Origin: Hamiltosporidium tvaerminnensis FI-OER-3-3
Taxonomy: Eukaryota; Fungi; Microsporidia
DNA: 64,000 nt
Direction: 5' to 3'
Assembly: GCA_022605425.2 (NCBI GenBank)
Contig: JAKIMF020000011.1
Coordinates: 496,001 to 560,000 of the forward strand
This document shows positions 63,238 through 64,000 of this stretch, one piece after another. The first letter of the stretch is position 1. Each line of letters opens with the position of its first letter. The translations under genes were made by a program, and so were the position numbers. The notes beneath the pieces were generated by a model. The model worked only from the letters and a program-made list of their open reading frames with translations, did no database searches and was not told the origin of the DNA.

Positions 63238-64000
63238 ATGATGCAGTGTATACTATTTACAATATTTTTATTGAGATTTAGATATTTTGTTCGTGGTATT
63301 GAAGAAGAAGGATATTTGTACTCGATTGATGAGAAAAAGTTCTTAAGTTATGATAGGAAGAATAGTAATAACGACCAACGAATATATCTTGTAAATGATG
63401 AAATGCCAAATTTATTTTTAATGGAAGAACATTTTGGCGGAGGCGATTCTATTTTATATTTGGCAGCAACAGATAAAAAGAATCTAGTCTTAGATGACAG
63501 TAGATCTACGTATGAACTTATTTCATGGGAGAAACATGGTTCTGCCAATCAAAGATTTTCCTTGAAAATGGTTCCATATAATCGCATTAAATTAGAAGTA
63601 ATGGGAAAATGCATTTCGACAAATCATCATTCAGATTATCTTAAAGAGGAAATATGTGATAACTTTGAAAGCTCTAGAGGCCAATATTTTAGATGGATTC
63701 CAAAAAAATATCATCAGATAGTCGAAGAGACGATTGATAGAAAAAAATATTCATCTAGAGATCATCCACGTCGGCATGAAGATAGAGGAGGACAGCCTTA
63801 TCCAGATGAAGCATATCCAAGCCGACCGAACCATCCGATCAATTCATATCGCGATGAAAATTATTTTCCAAGCAGACACGACGAATACCCAAGGTATAAT
63901 TCTCATAAGCCGAAAAGACAGGAGTCTGATCAATATCATCCAGATAAAAACTACTATGAAGGATCTAATCATGCTCCTGTTAATTCATATCCAGAATATC
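63238..64000 (+). CDS. Secreted ricin-B-lectin-like protein, 3'-partial (absent from the ORF track)
   Basis: Manual translation MMQCILFTIFLLRF...LVLD...WEKHGSANQRF...GKCI...EEIC...QYFRWIP followed by a Pro/Tyr/His/Arg-rich tail; open to the window end; alternative ATG at 63205. Confidence 0.85.
   Translation, partial: MMQCILFTIFLLRFRYFVRGIEEEGYLYSIDEKKFLSYDRKNSNNDQRIYLVNDEMPNLFLMEEHFGGGDSILYLAATDKKNLVLDDSRSTYELISWEKHGSANQRFSLKMVPYNRIKLEVMGKCISTNHHSDYLKEEICDNFESSRGQYFRWIPKKYHQIVEETIDRKKYSSRDHPRRHEDRGGQPYPDEAYPSRPNHPINSYRDENYFPSRHDEYPRYNSHKPKRQESDQYHPDKNYYEGSNHAPVNSYPEY

Overview
Very AT-rich, gene-sparse, apparently intron-poor eukaryotic DNA. It looks like a large-genome microsporidian (Hamiltosporidium-like; inference from CCC motifs just upstream of start codons, a ricin-B-lectin-like gene, secreted LRR-like genes and their relics, and Asn/Asp/Lys-rich insertions). 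Housekeeping genes: RtcB RNA ligase (split by a +1 frameshift), eS30 (missed by the ORF track), two eS24 copies in a ~0.9 kb inverted duplication, RCC1, a RING-H2 ligase and a FYRN/FYRC protein. There are several secreted proteins (Cys-rich, Gln/Pro-repeat, ricin-B-like). Mobile DNA is abundant: a dead IS630/Tc1-mariner element with long repeat-built TIRs, an rve-integrase relic, four 3' fragments of an RLE-type non-LTR retrotransposon, and a tRNA-headed SINE-like relic. The most notable signal is about 12 copies of a ~730 bp non-coding, apparently structured, non-tRNA element. One copy has a perfect 15-bp TSD, one is 5'-truncated, and the 3' end (TTAAATAAA) matches the RLE-LINE, which suggests a LINE/SINE pair like Entamoeba EhLINE/EhSINE. 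All calls were made by eye without database searches.
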